The position numbers and the translations under genes are program-made. A DNA stretch of 55,846 nt. Source: a virus. Lineage: Duplodnaviria; Caudoviricetes. Each line of letters starts with the position of its first letter. The stretch's first letter is position 1. Under the pieces are notes generated by a model. It ran no database searches and was not told the origin of the DNA. It saw only the letters and a list, made by a program, of their open reading frames with translations. Shown one piece after another: positions 1 to 9,427 of the stretch. The stretch spans positions 1 through 55,846 of IMG/VR virus record IMGVR_UViG_3300042471_001765, one strand, 5' to 3'.

Positions 1-453
1 GACAATACGTGGTTGCAGACTTTCTACAGTACCTAGCAGCAAATCCAGGAACTCCCTAGGGATATTGTTAGCCTGGCGGAGTTTCATCATGCGGATTTGG
101 TCTTTTTCACCCCACACATGAGAAATACCGATTTTACCAAACTCGGATCCTTCTAACTTGATGATCCGTCCAGCGCGAGTTTGGGGTATGGCTTGTCCGG
201 TGGCAATTACTGAAGCGATCGCCATGTTGCGCTCGATCAGGTACTGCAATACATCAAAATCGTCGGACATTCTCATGGGTCCGTATTCATCAGGAATAAC
301 GTACTGACCCAACACTTTAGGATCGGGTGTTTTTCCCTCACGTTTTAGGCGGGCTTCCTTGTCTGGATCAAGGAGGAATGCAGAGGTATTATCAAGGATA
401 GTGGTAACCTTACCCCTGATCTGGGGAGAATTAAGCAGCAGTGCAATAGACAT
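1..453 (-). CDS. Major capsid protein, N-terminal part (truncated by window edge)
   Basis: Not in the ORF track. Manual translation from the ATG at 453 gives MSIALLLNSPQIRGKV...RNMAIASVIATGQAIP...GKIGISHVW..., open to base 1. It lies directly downstream of the protease, scaffold and decoration genes and resembles lambda gpE-type capsid N-termini. Confidence 0.65.
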   Translation of the reverse strand, partial: MSIALLLNSPQIRGKVTTILDNTSAFLLDPDKEARLKREGKTPDPKVLGQYVIPDEYGPMRMSDDFDVLQYLIERNMAIASVIATGQAIPQTRAGRIIKLEGSEFGKIGISHVWGEKDQIRMMKLRQANNIPREFLDLLLGTVESLQPRIV

Positions 454-475
454 ATCTTCAGATGTTGAGGGTTAA

Positions 476-1399
476 TTAATAAACGGGCATCCAACTAAGA
501 CGGGTGAGGGACTTAGTAATATGTCCATCGATGTAGGGTAGTGCATAGATGTTAATAGTCCCCATGGTCACTACCGATAAATCGGTTGGTCTGTCTTGCA
601 GATCGTTATCTGTCAGGTAATATTCCTCAGTGACAACCCCAAGGGGAATATCGGTAATCGTGCCGACCTTAGTACCGATCGCATGATTGCCATTGTCGGT
701 GGCTGGGGTAATGGTTAAAGCCCCGATAGCTGAAGTCACAGCCACCGCAGCCGTACCAGTAGTAGCCCCGGAGCCTTGAACCACACTGCTAGAAATTACA
801 AACACTTCTCTAGCAAAGCGATGAGTAAAAGTAATCACACCACCAACCACAGAAGCATCAATATCTGCCCAGGAGGAAGTCTGTGATTTTTGGCTGTTGA
901 AAATATTTACAAGAGCGATCGCAGTGTCCGCTGCAACTGTAGTAGTAGCAGTGTGGCTAAAGCTAACACCATCGATAGTCAGGTTGAAAATATTACCAAT
1001 AGCAGGGGAAGCAACGGTAACTGTGGTACTTTGGCGATCGCCTACCAGTGAAATAGCCGTAATCGTACCAAAAGCCGCAGCACTGGCAGAAGCGATCGCG
1101 GTATTTTCTTCATTAGCAGTAGCGCTAGGGGAGCCAATGACTTTAAGAACATCCCCTACCTTGTGCGTCCAAGGGTTATCAACAATGACAGTTGTACTAT
1201 TGCTGGTGTAAGGACTAAGGATTTTAGAGCGAGAAACGGGACGATTATTATTGCCTAAAAAAACACCTGGTAAAATCCTACGGTGTCCCCCAATTTTAGG
1301 GATATCCAGAGGGTTAACATATCGTCCGTAGAGCCTTTCGGTAACGGTATCCCCATAAAGAATGGGGCGTTCCATCTTGTAAGCATATCTAGTCAGCAT
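476..1399 (-). CDS. Head decoration / capsid-associated protein
   Basis: Thr/Ala/Ser-rich and beta-rich 307 aa, located between the scaffold and capsid genes; ILPG and C-terminal GTI..YALP motifs recall decoration proteins. Confidence 0.45.
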   Translation of the reverse strand: MLTRYAYKMERPILYGDTVTERLYGRYVNPLDIPKIGGHRRILPGVFLGNNNRPVSRSKILSPYTSNSTTVIVDNPWTHKVGDVLKVIGSPSATANEENTAIASASAAAFGTITAISLVGDRQSTTVTVASPAIGNIFNLTIDGVSFSHTATTTVAADTAIALVNIFNSQKSQTSSWADIDASVVGGVITFTHRFAREVFVISSSVVQGSGATTGTAAVAVTSAIGALTITPATDNGNHAIGTKVGTITDIPLGVVTEEYYLTDNDLQDRPTDLSVVTMGTINIYALPYIDGHITKSLTRLSWMPVY

Positions 1400-1407
1400 A
1401 AGCCACC

Positions 1408-2412
1408 TTATTGATAGGAGTGTCGAGAACGGTAATCATCTAAAAAGCTTTGGGCTTCTCGGTATTCTGCTTCTGCCAAAGCCATCGGCTCATCAGATTC
1501 TTGAGAGAAAAAAGCAGAATAATTAGAGGGTCCGCATTGCATTTTCCAATTCAAGCAAAACTCCACATTATCCAAATAGTTGTGAGGGTTAATGCCTTGG
1601 TCAAAGCAGAATTGAGAGAATGCAGCTACAGAATCTTGATCCTTGCTGAATTGAGCCGATCTCAGTAAAGAATTACGTTCTGCCGGAGTTAAGATCATCC
1701 TGCCTTGCAGATCGTCCGCAATACCTTCTAATTGTCTCAATCGTGCGCTCACCTCGCGCTCTACTTGGATAGTGCGGATGGTATCAAGCTCATCGGTGAT
1801 ATCTTCAACGTCTTCACGGGAATACTCACTCATGGATTTACGAGCCATACCGCCCATGTCCGCGGTATCGTCCATGTCCTCGATATCGTCCATGTCGTCC
1901 ATTTCGTCCATGTCGTCCATTTCGGACATAGCCGACTCGTAAGCATCCATACCTAAATCACAAAATTCCTCATAAGCTTCAGGATCATCTGCTAAATACT
2001 GATCAGCGATCGCTCTGCAAACATCAGGGGAGGGGGCGGCTCTACCCATTAAGTATGCCTGGATTTCTTCAGGAGGAACACCAGTCATTTCCGAGATATC
2101 TTCGATGCCATCCTCTGGATCTTCATAGCTAGCTTCCAGCACCTCTGCTAAAGCCTCACCAAAGTCAGCACCAGCCGCATTGACATCTTCAAACTCTACA
2201 TCAATTTCCAGATCAAAAATATCTAAAGCCGCTTGAGCGTTGTCTTCAATAGCCTGAACGATGGTTGCGTCAACATCATCGGAATCAGCTTCACCACTAT
2301 CTTCCATTTCCAATGCTTGACGGACTACAGCGATAAATGCAAGATAATTAACATTCAGCGCCTGTATTTCCTCATAGTCGCTCATTTGAGCCAGGGCTTC
2401 TAGCATTTCCAT
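1408..2412 (-). CDS. Acidic scaffold-like protein
   Basis: Very acidic helical 334 aa with a DEMDDM low-complexity tract; positioned between protease and capsid. Confidence 0.45.
   Translation of the reverse strand: MEMLEALAQMSDYEEIQALNVNYLAFIAVVRQALEMEDSGEADSDDVDATIVQAIEDNAQAALDIFDLEIDVEFEDVNAAGADFGEALAEVLEASYEDPEDGIEDISEMTGVPPEEIQAYLMGRAAPSPDVCRAIADQYLADDPEAYEEFCDLGMDAYESAMSEMDDMDEMDDMDDIEDMDDTADMGGMARKSMSEYSREDVEDITDELDTIRTIQVEREVSARLRQLEGIADDLQGRMILTPAERNSLLRSAQFSKDQDSVAAFSQFCFDQGINPHNYLDNVEFCLNWKMQCGPSNYSAFFSQESDEPMALAEAEYREAQSFLDDYRSRHSYQ
1862..1925. repeat. 9-bp tandem coding repeat (CGTCCATGT-like) encoding MDD/MDE
   Basis: Visible tandem cgtccatgt/cgtccattt units. Confidence 0.75.
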
Positions 2413-2852
2413 TAGTTGTATCTCCGGGAAAAATAAACAGTACGAATTTGGCGGGAGTAGTTTTCTTCTCTTCTACTTCTACCACCTCTACCTAGCAGAT
2501 AAGCACCTGCTGCACCCGCAGCAGCAAGTCCACCTGCTATAGCAGCAGTTTTACCAGGGTTGCGGGCAATTGCTCTTATTCCTTTTTTCACAACAGCAAG
2601 TCCGCCGCGCTTAGTCCGCCGCAAGAAGGTATCGCCAGCTTTGCCAAGTTTTTTTAAGGGATCTCCTTTTCTCAGATTTAGGTCTACATTAGGTTTGGGA
2701 CTAATGGCTGTATTAGGCTTAGGCTTAAGCTTAGGTCTGGGTACTCTCAGTCTGGGTTTATTGGGATTAATGGGACCAACAATATCTCTAAATGGCATTT
2801 TTGCAAACTGCGCCATTTCCACATCTGCCATAGTGAATAAAATACTTGCCAT
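2412..2852 (-). CDS. Small basic protein in head operon
   Basis: K/R/P-rich with an Ala/Gly hydrophobic stretch; overlaps both neighbours by 1 bp, consistent with translational coupling. Confidence 0.6.
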   Translation of the reverse strand: MASILFTMADVEMAQFAKMPFRDIVGPINPNKPRLRVPRPKLKPKPNTAISPKPNVDLNLRKGDPLKKLGKAGDTFLRRTKRGGLAVVKKGIRAIARNPGKTAAIAGGLAAAGAAGAYLLGRGGRSRREENYSRQIRTVYFSRRYN

Positions 2853-3742
2853 TATCTACGTCTCCTTTTTTTTAATGGTTGTGCGAATTCAGCGCGATCG
2901 CTGGTGTCGCTTTCGGCATACTCTTGATAGGGTTGGGGTATGTCTTCATAAGCCCCGATGTTGTCAGGCTTGACTTGCGGGGTCTGTTCCACTTCATCCT
3001 CATCAAGATCAAATACTTCCAATAAATCATCATAAAATCCCTGAATAGCATTAAGCTTTAATGCTTTTGGATCAACTCCAATTAATTCATTAGGATCTGT
3101 GGATTCAATGTCGGAAATGACCTGGAATAAAGTATCGATGTTGTCCTTGACCTTGCTCCTTTTTTCACCCATCAAAGCCTTGCGCTCTTTCACCTCAGCA
3201 TAGCTAAGGGCAAAGTAGGCATGGCGAGAAGCAGTAAACAAAGCAGGACCCTTGATGGCAGGGAAAGCCACAGCGGAAACCTCCACCACCCTTTCCTCTT
3301 CTAAATCAATACCGGGGGATAGTAATTTAATCACACCCTTCTTGACTTGATCTACATAATTGTTGATGTAGACCTTGGCAAACATCCCAAATTTACCAAT
3401 TAAATCCTTCATCTTTGGATTTGGTAAATCTCGTTCTTGGATTACCCGACCCTCAGCGCGGGAATGAAGCCAGCCAAGCTTATTAATAGATCCTGTGGGA
3501 CTAACTAAAGCCTTACCATGATCCAGCATTAAAGGTATTTCTATTCCAGAATCAAAAGCAGCATTAGTATTATCTATCTGCGCTTGTATCCTTTCCGCCG
3601 GGAACTCATGGGTACGTCCTTTGTTGTCTTTTTGTGTCCCTTCTACCAAAAGCAGCGCGTTTTTGATCAGGAAATCATTATTGTCCTGACTGCCAAAAGC
3701 CACTAAACCCGCTGGGGAATCACCTAAATAAGTTGCACTCAT
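2852..3742 (-). CDS. Prohead protease (Mu gpI-like)
   Basis: PLMLDH, LGW, LLSPGI and VEVSAVAFPAIKG motifs typical of Mu-like head maturation proteases; head-module position. Confidence 0.65.
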   Translation of the reverse strand: MSATYLGDSPAGLVAFGSQDNNDFLIKNALLLVEGTQKDNKGRTHEFPAERIQAQIDNTNAAFDSGIEIPLMLDHGKALVSPTGSINKLGWLHSRAEGRVIQERDLPNPKMKDLIGKFGMFAKVYINNYVDQVKKGVIKLLSPGIDLEEERVVEVSAVAFPAIKGPALFTASRHAYFALSYAEVKERKALMGEKRSKVKDNIDTLFQVISDIESTDPNELIGVDPKALKLNAIQGFYDDLLEVFDLDEDEVEQTPQVKPDNIGAYEDIPQPYQEYAESDTSDRAEFAQPLKKRRRR

Positions 3743-3855
3743 TTCATAAAGATACTTTTTTTGGCTGAACTTTATTAATATGAGTATGATAAATTTATGA
3801 GCAATTTTCTATAAATGTGATTACTAATCACCCTTGAATTAATCAGGCAATAAAT

Positions 3856-4056
3856 ATGGTAAGATTAAAGATTTGCCAAATACTAAAAGAAGCGAGAATC
3901 GATGCAGGATTAACTCAAAGACAAGTGAGTAAATTACTGCATTACGATCGCTCAACCTTAGCCCACAAAGAAAGTGGCAAAATTCCATTTTATGCCTGGG
4001 AATTATTACAATTATGTAAACTGTACCAAATATCCCCAAAAGATTTTAATTTTTAG
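3856..4056 (+). CDS. XRE-family HTH regulator
   Basis: LKEARIDAGLTQRQVS...RSTLAHKESGK is a classic HTH_3 pattern. Confidence 0.8.
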   Translation: MVRLKICQILKEARIDAGLTQRQVSKLLHYDRSTLAHKESGKIPFYAWELLQLCKLYQISPKDFNF

Positions 4057-5815
4057 AATTCCTGAAAATTACCCGTTTTCTTTTACGTCGGGAAAACTTA
4101 AGACTCCTCATGTGCTTACTAAAATTTGGTTCCTCACCTGGTAGCCTAGGTAGTCCGGTTAGTGGATCGATATCAAGATCAGGGGGAGTATTAGATGGCT
4201 GAATCGTTGGCTGTGCTTGAGATGTGGGGGATGATTGATTAATAATTGTTAATCGCTGGCGGATATTCTCAATGGTTTTATTCCCTATCCCCTTTCCTTT
4301 CAATCGCTGGCGCATATCTTCAATATTTTTAAATGGTGCTTTCTGCAATTCCTGGAATACTGTATTAGCTTGCGATCGCGTCAGTCCTAAATTACTAGCC
4401 CACAGCTGTACAGGGGACTTAATATCATTTAGCATTGTAATAGGATCAAAGCCTTCAGACAACTGGATGAATCTTTTTAAAGTTTTTCCGCCTATTTGGG
4501 GAATTTTTCTCAGATCATCAATACTATCAATGCGATTAGTCCTTCTGTACCTGAGAATTTCACTAACTTGCCGGACATTGAGTAATCTACCCGGCAGTAA
4601 TGCTTGTATTTCTTCCCTAGTAGCAGTATTCAAGTCCACTCCATTTATTAAAAATCTAGTATCAGTTTCTTCTGTGGACTCCTCTAGGGTTTCTTCTGTA
4701 TTTTCTTCTGTACTTTCTTTTGTACTTTCTTTTGTACTTTCTTTTGTTGGCTCTAGTTGCTGTGTTTTACTTTCTACTGCGTTCTTGATTTCCTGTACGG
4801 CTCTTTCCAAAGTCAAACCAACAACCACATCCTTACCAGTCTCGATCGCTTTAGAACCTGCTTTTTTAGCCGCAGCACCTAAGAGTACAGCAGCCAAAAC
4901 AGCAGCCCCAGCCCAAAGCACCGGGCGGGGGATTAATTCTCTATTCTCAATTTTTCTATCAGGTTCATCAAGCCGTGGATCGTCTTTTAGTACAGGGCTT
5001 AAAACACATCTGCAATTGGGATGCAGTGGTGGAGTGATTTGTGCGATCGCGCGCCAATCATCCAGAGGAATAATCAACCCGTGACGGGATGCGCAGATAG
5101 GACAGCGACGCTCATCAATAATCGTGTAAAAAGTCACGGCTTTAACCAAACCAGATTGGCGGTAGGTTTCCAGCCTACCAGCGTTATAGGCAAAAGTTAA
5201 CTCGGTTCTTGCAATGGTTTCAGCTCGCCTTTTGAATCTGCCAGATTTAGATCCCAGAGTTTCCTCAATGCGATCTATTAGCTCACTCCTAGAAATAGGT
5301 TGCCCGGATCTACCCTGGGGAGTTACCGCCGCCAATAAATCTTGTTGGATGCGGGCATATTCAGAGTTACTAACATCACCAGCCAACTGGTTAATTCTAG
5401 CCCTAATAGCTCTTTCCGCCGGAACATTACGGATAGATTGAATCCGCACACCTGGTTTGTTTCTATCATCCCTTTCATTAAAATAAATTAAATTAAGATC
5501 ATTACTAAAAGTAGCCCGCTTAGGAGCCTGCTTTTTAATCTCTGTATTGCCGTGATTAGCTCCTAAATTCCAGCCAGCGAGCCACACAGCATACAGCGAT
5601 CGCTCTAATTGAATCCTGAGAAATTCCCGCACCTTCTCCGGATCTTGTTTCAACTTTTTTACAGCTTCCAAAGGGATTTTAGATATTACACCAGCCCCCT
5701 TGTTTTCTGCATTTTCCAAAGCCTCTAAAACTTTCTTTTCCCCTAGAATCAGCTTATCATTAGGGAAATACTCACCACCAACCCTGGTAAATTTAGAGAA
5801 TACAGAATCAAACAT
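4046..5815 (-). CDS. MuF/SPP1 gp7-like head morphogenesis protein with C-terminal ComEA-like helix-hairpin-helix repeats
   Basis: RAETIARTE...AYNAG, DERRCPIC and PPLHPNCRC are MuF signatures; VDLNTATREEIQAL...IPQIGGKT and KGIGNKTIE are HhH motifs. Confidence 0.85.
   Translation of the reverse strand: MFDSVFSKFTRVGGEYFPNDKLILGEKKVLEALENAENKGAGVISKIPLEAVKKLKQDPEKVREFLRIQLERSLYAVWLAGWNLGANHGNTEIKKQAPKRATFSNDLNLIYFNERDDRNKPGVRIQSIRNVPAERAIRARINQLAGDVSNSEYARIQQDLLAAVTPQGRSGQPISRSELIDRIEETLGSKSGRFKRRAETIARTELTFAYNAGRLETYRQSGLVKAVTFYTIIDERRCPICASRHGLIIPLDDWRAIAQITPPLHPNCRCVLSPVLKDDPRLDEPDRKIENRELIPRPVLWAGAAVLAAVLLGAAAKKAGSKAIETGKDVVVGLTLERAVQEIKNAVESKTQQLEPTKESTKESTKESTEENTEETLEESTEETDTRFLINGVDLNTATREEIQALLPGRLLNVRQVSEILRYRRTNRIDSIDDLRKIPQIGGKTLKRFIQLSEGFDPITMLNDIKSPVQLWASNLGLTRSQANTVFQELQKAPFKNIEDMRQRLKGKGIGNKTIENIRQRLTIINQSSPTSQAQPTIQPSNTPPDLDIDPLTGLPRLPGEEPNFSKHMRSLKFSRRKRKRVIFRNSKN
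4695..4748. repeat. 12-bp tandem coding repeat (KEST units) in the MuF linker
   Basis: tttgtactttct repeated about three times. Confidence 0.75.
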
Positions 5816-5817
5816 AT

Positions 5818-7182
5818 ATGGCTATTAATAATTTAATTCCACTATATACCACCAAAATCGCACCAGAATTAAACGAGCTTGATACTAACTACGTGCGAGA
5901 ACTCCCAGACACGGGGGAAACTTACGTACTAGAAGATTTAATCAAGATGATTAAAATCTGTGAAGTGAACAACGCCGCGATCAACATCAAAACTATGCGA
6001 GCGGTAAGCGCACTTGGCTCCTACTACAATGATGACGATCAAGCATTTATACCATCGAGGCGCGGCAAACAAACTATCCAAGAATGGGTACGGGGCAACT
6101 TCCAGAGCATGAAAGGAAGCCTAGCGAGTGTAGTCAGGAAAATGATCCGCCAGGCTTACTCTCTGGGTACTTCAGTAGGCGAAATTCAATGGGAATCAAA
6201 AACTAATTCCAATTCATCATACCAAGAATGGAGATTAGCAGCCATTCCCATACTTAATCCACTGCATTACAACTTTGCAGGGATAAAAGGGAGCGTCGAT
6301 CGCATCATTTACAATCCTATATACCACGCTCCCAAAGCCATACCCTACTCTAAGCTACTGCATATATATACACCATCCCTAGAGGAACCGGAAGATCCTA
6401 GGGGTGAACCAGCATCAGCCAGGGCATTACCCTATTACAAAGGTTCCCGCATCTGCTACAAGCAGTGGACGATCGCGGGACAAAGGGAAGCCACCGGACG
6501 CACCGTAGTCAAAGTCCCCAGCGACAAAACCGTAAATATTTATGGCGCAGATGGCAAGCCCATCTTTAAAGATGGAAAGATTCAAGAACAGCCAGCGGCA
6601 GTAGCCACACTAAATGCTTTCCAAAAAGCAGAAAACGGAGCCGTAACCATTACAGATAAAGAAAACGACGTAGTGAATATTCCCGGTAATGCCGGAGAAA
6701 ACTTTTTTAATACTCAATCCACTAATTACGAGAAAAAAATATTTTTAGCCTATGGAGTACCCAGCACAATTTTTGGTGATACTCAATCCTCCATAGGTAG
6801 CGCCGGAATCAATGCCGGGCATAGATTAATCTTGGATACCCAGATAGAAGATTTAGTAAATGACCTACGCGATCAGCTAATTGAAAAGGTGATCCGTCCC
6901 CTGCTGCTAGCAAATTTCGGGAATAGATTTGAGGACAATCTAGGTAGATTTGAATCAGATAAATTCTTGGATCCAACCATGGTATCAATGCGAGTGAGCA
7001 ACTTAACATTGTCCATGGGACAAGGCTTTATAGATGCCAACGATCTGGAAGCCATTAACCGACTAAGGGAAGATTTAGGATTGTCGCCTAAATTAAAAGA
7101 AGAATTTGATCAAGAACAGCTAGCCAAATTGTTGGCGCAGCAAGAATATCAACGTCAACAGCAAGAGATGCAGGAACAATAA
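5818..7182 (+). CDS. Portal protein (DUF935 / Mu gp29-like)
   Basis: 454 aa adjacent to MuF; G.SVGEIQW and LIEKVIRPLLLANFG motifs typical of Mu-like portals. Confidence 0.7.
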   Translation: MAINNLIPLYTTKIAPELNELDTNYVRELPDTGETYVLEDLIKMIKICEVNNAAINIKTMRAVSALGSYYNDDDQAFIPSRRGKQTIQEWVRGNFQSMKGSLASVVRKMIRQAYSLGTSVGEIQWESKTNSNSSYQEWRLAAIPILNPLHYNFAGIKGSVDRIIYNPIYHAPKAIPYSKLLHIYTPSLEEPEDPRGEPASARALPYYKGSRICYKQWTIAGQREATGRTVVKVPSDKTVNIYGADGKPIFKDGKIQEQPAAVATLNAFQKAENGAVTITDKENDVVNIPGNAGENFFNTQSTNYEKKIFLAYGVPSTIFGDTQSSIGSAGINAGHRLILDTQIEDLVNDLRDQLIEKVIRPLLLANFGNRFEDNLGRFESDKFLDPTMVSMRVSNLTLSMGQGFIDANDLEAINRLREDLGLSPKLKEEFDQEQLAKLLAQQEYQRQQQEMQEQ

Positions 7183-7194
7183 CATTACAGCATT

Positions 7195-7224
7195 AAAAAA
7201 CCCTGCTAAGGAGCAAGGTTTTTG
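7195..7224. terminator. Bidirectional intrinsic terminator
   Basis: aaaaaaccctgct-aagg-agcaaggttttt between convergent genes. Confidence 0.55.
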
Positions 7225-7334
7225 TTATTTATTGCGATATCGCCTGATTAGCTCTTGTACTTTTTCCACTAAAGCTAGTGGAATGTACATGGTCTTGCCC
7301 CGTCCGGTGGCAGGGCGACCAGTTTTTACAGTTT

Positions 7335-7643
7335 TTATAAAGGGATGCTATCGCCTAAGCGATAGTCTGGTGACGTGGAGTGGATTACTAATGCCACCCC
7401 CAACCGGGGGTTGGCGACTGCGATCGCACCAAATTGATTTTTGTAGTGAGCAATAGCTGCCCCTACAAACGATGTGGGCATACCCGACAATACAGCCAAT
7501 CCGGGACCAGCCGCAATGTCAAAATCTAAACCTGCTAATTCTTGCACTTCATCTACTGAATTCTGAGGGGAAACGGGATCCCCATTCTTGGTGATCGCGA
7601 GCAATGTGTAGCTAGGTTGGGTTGTTGCGGTTACATTAACCAT
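7335..7643 (-). CDS. csx3: Csx3/Crn3-like CRISPR ring-nuclease family protein (divergent)
   Basis: Aligns by eye over its full 102 aa with the Csx3 pattern as recalled: YTLL, AVLSG-P, AH, AVANPRLG, ALVIHS, RLGDSI versus FTLI, VVISGRGP, AH, AVYDPRLG, AVVVQSH, REGDVI. Confidence 0.75.
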   Translation of the reverse strand: MVNVTATTQPSYTLLAITKNGDPVSPQNSVDEVQELAGLDFDIAAGPGLAVLSGMPTSFVGAAIAHYKNQFGAIAVANPRLGVALVIHSTSPDYRLGDSIPL

Positions 7644-7648
7644 CTAAT

Positions 7649-7704
7649 GCGGCTCCTCTTTGTATCTATGTATTTATCTTAGATAAACTCTAGAAAAATG
7701 TCAA
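7649..7704 (-). promoter_or_regulatory. Sigma70-type promoter and RBS for the csx3-like gene
   Basis: Minus strand TTGACA (7704-7699), 17 bp, TAAGAT (7681-7676); palindrome TTTATC-TAA-GATAAA over the -10; RBS AAAGAGGAG. Confidence 0.7.
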
Positions 7705-7740
7705 GGGGATTTGCAGTATTTTTCTAAGATTAACTAAACT

Positions 7741-8628
7741 TTACACAGAATCACCGATCAGAGCCTTCCAGGTATTGGCTCCGACGATACCATCTGGCGA
7801 TAACTGATGCTCCCTCTGAAACTTTTTAACAGCTGCTTCTGACAACACCCCATAGACACCATCAACATCAGCATCCAAGCGATATTGGATATACCGCACA
7901 GGAGCGCCGCCGGCGTGATGCAGCCTGATCATGGGTTTGGTAAAAATCAAATTAATGGCATTCCAGGTACTAGCATCTGCAACACCCGAAGGCACAAGTG
8001 CCATAATCTTTTGAAAATCACGCAGTTGCCCAAACTTTAACTGCTTCAATGCTTTTTCCAATCGCGTATTGGAGGTATCTGTATTTAATTCCTCATCAGG
8101 GATAAAAGGCTCTGTACTGGTTTTACCAGTCAATCCCCGGACAATAGCGATCGCGGTTGCCTCCGGATCAAATATGTCCATATCCCGTGGTGAATCGATA
8201 AAACAGCACTCAATTAATATGGCTGGCATCCTGGTGTACTTCAAAACGTAAAAAGGCGATCCACTTTTTAATCCACGATTTACAAAGCCCAACTTAACAA
8301 GCTCATTCAAAACAGGCTCCCCAAATTGCCGCCCAGCCTGACTGGAAATAAATACTTCAGTACCGTGAGCTTTGCCATTAAAAGCATTGAAGTGGATAGA
8401 TGCAAACATATCTACTCGGTGAGCATTGGCAGTACGTACCCTTTGAGCCAGGGAATTACCCACAGAACTAGCCTCATTAGGTTTGCACTCCACAACCTCA
8501 TTTCCTAAAGCGCGCAACTTAGCAATAACCCGATTACCCACGTCTGTGGTTAAAGCATCCTCAGACTTAATTCCCACAGCCCCAGAGTCAGGGCTGCAAT
8601 TATGCCCAATGTCAATACCAAATTTCAT
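7741..8628 (-). CDS. N-acetylmuramoyl-L-alanine amidase (Amidase_3) with peptidoglycan-binding domain; endolysin
   Basis: IDIGH, E, SIHFNA and PAILIECCF zinc-amidase motifs; C-terminal VDGVYG...FQREHQLSPDGIVG..TW PG_binding_1 repeat. Confidence 0.9.
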   Translation of the reverse strand: MKFGIDIGHNCSPDSGAVGIKSEDALTTDVGNRVIAKLRALGNEVVECKPNEASSVGNSLAQRVRTANAHRVDMFASIHFNAFNGKAHGTEVFISSQAGRQFGEPVLNELVKLGFVNRGLKSGSPFYVLKYTRMPAILIECCFIDSPRDMDIFDPEATAIAIVRGLTGKTSTEPFIPDEELNTDTSNTRLEKALKQLKFGQLRDFQKIMALVPSGVADASTWNAINLIFTKPMIRLHHAGGAPVRYIQYRLDADVDGVYGVLSEAAVKKFQREHQLSPDGIVGANTWKALIGDSV

Positions 8629-8720
8629 ATATGCAACCTCCTACAGGCATCTTAATTATACACTCAACACACAAGAACCGATATACTACCAAGAACAAAA
8701 AAAATATTTTTATTTACCCC

Positions 8721-8772
8721 TTGACAAATAAAAAGTATCAGGATACTATAAAGGGGTAAGCAACAAAGAGGT
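8721..8772 (+). promoter_or_regulatory. Strong promoter with palindromic operator and RBS
   Basis: TTGACA (8721), 17 bp, TACTAT (8744); perfect palindrome AGTATC-AG-GATACT at 8734-8747; RBS AAAGAGGT. Confidence 0.75.
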
Positions 8773-8779
8773 AACAGCA

Positions 8780-9427
8780 ATGGTAGTACAAAGTTTTGAA
8801 GTTAGAACCCTCAGAGGACAGATTGCCGCCTGTCTAAGGCTTATAGCCCTTAAAGCGAAAGCCGCTGTGTTGCGGCTTATTGAATTGGAAGAAAATCTCG
8901 AAGCCGCGATCGCGGCACAATTCCAATCGGCACAGGCTCCGGCTCCTAAGCCTGTAGAGCCAACATTTATATACCTTTTCTCCTATAGGAGAAAAGGTAT
9001 CAATGCTTATTTAATCAAAGAACAGGTGGGGGCTTACCCACTTTTCGGTAAGCCCGTGAGTGAAAAGGACAGGCAAGCCGCCTATCGCGGCAAATTGCAC
9101 CAGATACAAATAAGGGTAGACAATCTACCCGATGGAATATACAAAAAAGTTGAAGCCGGAGGCGGGAGCTTCAACAAGGTACAGCGCGAGTACCTAAAGA
9201 TACAGGACGGAGCCGTAGTGGCTCAGTCCTGGGATATGGCAGAGTTGATCGATCTACCCAAAACACTCCCCGAACTTATCGGGACGCCCAAGCAAGTAGC
9301 TTGGGCGGAGAATCTCCGCAGCCGGATCATCAGTCAATCAGCAAAAGATGGTAACTCCATCCCGGAGTACGTCTACAGCCAAACCAGTGCGACCTGGTAC
9401 ATCGACAACCGGGAGGTTGTCAAATGA
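8780..9427 (+). CDS. Hypothetical phage protein (C-terminal LxGTxKQVxWAxxxR motif)
   Basis: Strong RBS and promoter; the motif is common in uncharacterised phage proteins. Confidence 0.7.
   Translation: MVVQSFEVRTLRGQIAACLRLIALKAKAAVLRLIELEENLEAAIAAQFQSAQAPAPKPVEPTFIYLFSYRRKGINAYLIKEQVGAYPLFGKPVSEKDRQAAYRGKLHQIQIRVDNLPDGIYKKVEAGGGSFNKVQREYLKIQDGAVVAQSWDMAELIDLPKTLPELIGTPKQVAWAENLRSRIISQSAKDGNSIPEYVYSQTSATWYIDNREVVK

Noticed and set aside
4272-5084. 270-aa plus-strand ORF and similar long antisense ORFs (e.g. 2560-2973, 11066-11554, 29860-30438, 39583-40104)
   Set aside because: Shadow frames of well-supported genes on the opposite strand, with no motifs.
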